From positions 18,949,220 to 19,013,219 of the forward strand of contig NC_057720.1 in the NCBI RefSeq assembly GCF_004010195.1: DNA of 64,000 bases, in the 5' to 3' direction. The notes beneath the pieces were generated by a model, which was not told the DNA's origin, did not search any database, and worked only from the letters and a program-made list of their open reading frames with translations. Positions 61,785 through 64,000 of this stretch are shown in pieces. Within the stretch, counting starts at the first letter, position 1; the number at the start of each line of letters is the position of its first letter. A program made the translations under genes and the position numbers. This stretch comes from Chiloscyllium plagiosum. Its lineage: Eukaryota.

Positions 61785-64000
61785 TTCTTAAGTAAGGAGA
61801 CCAAACTACACATACTGTGTTCAGCCTGTGCAGCTACTTGTATTTTCTATTTTTCTGTTCTTTAAAGGTCAACATTCCATTTGCTTTCCAATTACTTACT
61901 GGACCTGCATGTAAGCTTTTTGTGCATTTTGTACTAGGACACTGTGATCCCACTGCACTGCAGAATTCTGCAGTTTCTTTCCAGTTAAATAATATTGTTT
62001 TAATTCTTCGTGTGATTTTCTCTTTGTGGATGCTGAGTGTACATGTAGAGAGTTGTGTACACATGCAGTACAGAGTACCAAGAGTTATAGGGCAATTTGA
62101 TGGTTTAAAATACAATCACTTTTACCTGGCATATTTCAATTGAGAATCAACTGTAGCCAACTGTACGATGCACGTAAGAATTACTAATTTCATGAACCTG
62201 TTAACATCATTATGATAGTATTGAGAGCAGAATAGATTAGGCCCACTTTGAGATTTTTTTTGCTCAAAATTGTGGAGGAACTTTTTTGACAATAAAAACA
62301 AACACAGTGCATCCCTCTCACCACCTCCATTTTCACAAATCTACTCACTTGAAAACTTGGTGATAGACTCCCTGTTATTTGAGTAAGTCCAAGCAGTAAA
62401 TGTCTTCATTGGTCATGATCAATTGCACAGAAGTCAAAAAGTATGATCCAAGATTGGGTGGTCATCTGCAAAACTGGTTGTTCAAGTTGACATTGTTGGA
62501 GCTCGGGGAAACTTCTGTGGCTGCATGTCTCTGGTCTTCCACCGGTCACATTTGAATGATGTGAGTTCAGTGTAGGTAGTTCTCAAAGCATGTTGAATTT
62601 AAAACCAAATGTGTAACAATGGAATCATGAGTTTTTCAGTTGTCTTCTGTGTACTTGCACTGTGGAAAAACAGCATTGCAGTATTCAGAAAATGCTGCTG
62701 AAGTACCACATAAGTAACAGGATCAGCCTCTCTGATTTTTGCCAATTGAGGTTTATGCATTAATAATAATGACTTCAGTGAGGAATCAAATACATTAAAT
62801 GTTAAGCATGTGAATAAATTAAAAGGTGAAATACAAAGTACTGTACTTCAGGAGTATTAATGAACAAGAACAAAACGTACATTGCAGAAGAGAAATTGCA
62901 AACAATTCAAAATCGGGGCCATATGTTTTAATTCAAAATTTGCCTGTTATATTCAATATTGCTGCACTATCCTTTTAGCATTATAAATACATAAAATTAA
63001 AAAATACCATTCAAAATTTCATTTATAAGAGTAAATGTTTCTTATCCTAAAACAACATGTAACCCTTGCTTGTTTTCAGAAGCTAGATATGTTCTAATAT
63101 GCTTAGTAATCTTAGATGTTAGGTTTATAAAACAAAATACTGTAAACACAGTGAGTAGAGGCTTCTTTTCAAATATTGGAAACAGCCTTTGACGGAAGTA
63201 TGCTTTCATTTTGTTTTTATTATAAACAATAAGTACTAGCCACTCCAAAACAAGGAAATCATGTAGATTCCAGTATCTGCAGTAATTTGCTCCTAAAAGT
63301 TGTGGATTGTTAGTTGCTATTCTAGTGTTAGTAAAACTATTTGTGACCAATTCCTGTGAGACAAACTGAAAATGACGAAGCCTGCATCAAAATAATTGTA
63401 TTCATTTTAAATATTAAAACAATAATTAATAGGTTTTCTCTACAATTTTCCACAACAGGGAGACAAGATTCCCATCTAGTAAAATACTGATGTTGCTGCC
63501 TGGGATTTTTTAAAGCAACTTTACGCGAAGGAGAGATAGTGTTTTGCACATAGAGCTTGTGGAGAGGCCAACACTGAACGGCTCTGCAGAGATTTTTTTA
63601 AAATCTGGATTTCAGATGTTCTTTTGTTTTGTTTCAGCTAAGTGTTTCATATTTTAAAGTTTTTTTTGTTTTTATCGTTTGTATGATTGAGATTGAAATC
63701 TGTGGGTAAGGAAGGGTACTAGTTTATTTTATACATAAGGTGAGAGTGAGAGCTTTTTAGGCTTAATGTCACTGAGGCCATTCAAGAGACAGTGTGAACT
63801 CTGGTAGATTGAGAACAGTGATTTCACAACAAGATCAGTCAGTTAGATGGGTGACTGTCAGGAAAGGTAAGGTGGTTTAGAAGTCCTTTGTGGCTATTCT
63901 CTCTCCAAACAGATAATGGTATGAGTACTGTTGAAGGGGATAGGCGCTCAGATTAAAATAGAAGCAGCAGTCAGATCTTGAGCACTAAGAAAGAATATTA

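Noticed and set aside
34200..64000. Exons of a neighbouring gene such as FNBP1L, expected from mammalian synteny
   Set aside because: No second CpG island or recognisable coding exon was seen. Short exons could have been missed by eye.

Overview
Vertebrate genomic DNA, very probably a shark or other elasmobranch: it carries HE1-type tRNA-SINEs, dense CR1/HER1-type LINEs and Penelope elements. One intact host gene is present, DR1 (NC2-beta) on the + strand, with three coding exons (1036-1255, 26088-26251, 32967-33116; 177 aa), a CpG-island promoter and poly(A) signals near 34.15 kb. The 24.8-kb intron 1 holds several nested insertions. (i) A decayed Gmr1-like Gypsy LTR retrotransposon (PR-INT-RT-RH order) contains a Penelope GIY-YIG fragment and an L1 fragment. 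(ii) A second L1 follows. (iii) A non-autonomous ERV-like LTR element (tRNA-Ser PBS, polypurine tract) carries an intronless, internally deleted RBPMS2 retrocopy instead of gag/pol; this is the most notable finding. (iv) There is also a candidate 20-nt poison micro-exon. Penelope-derived termini across the window carry minimal hammerhead-ribozyme cores with differing but pairing stem II sequences. The region 34-64 kb is mostly repeats with no recognisable exon. Assembly gaps lie at 22246-22766 and 40168-41116. Repeat boundaries were read by eye and are approximate unless a target-site duplication (TSD) is quoted.
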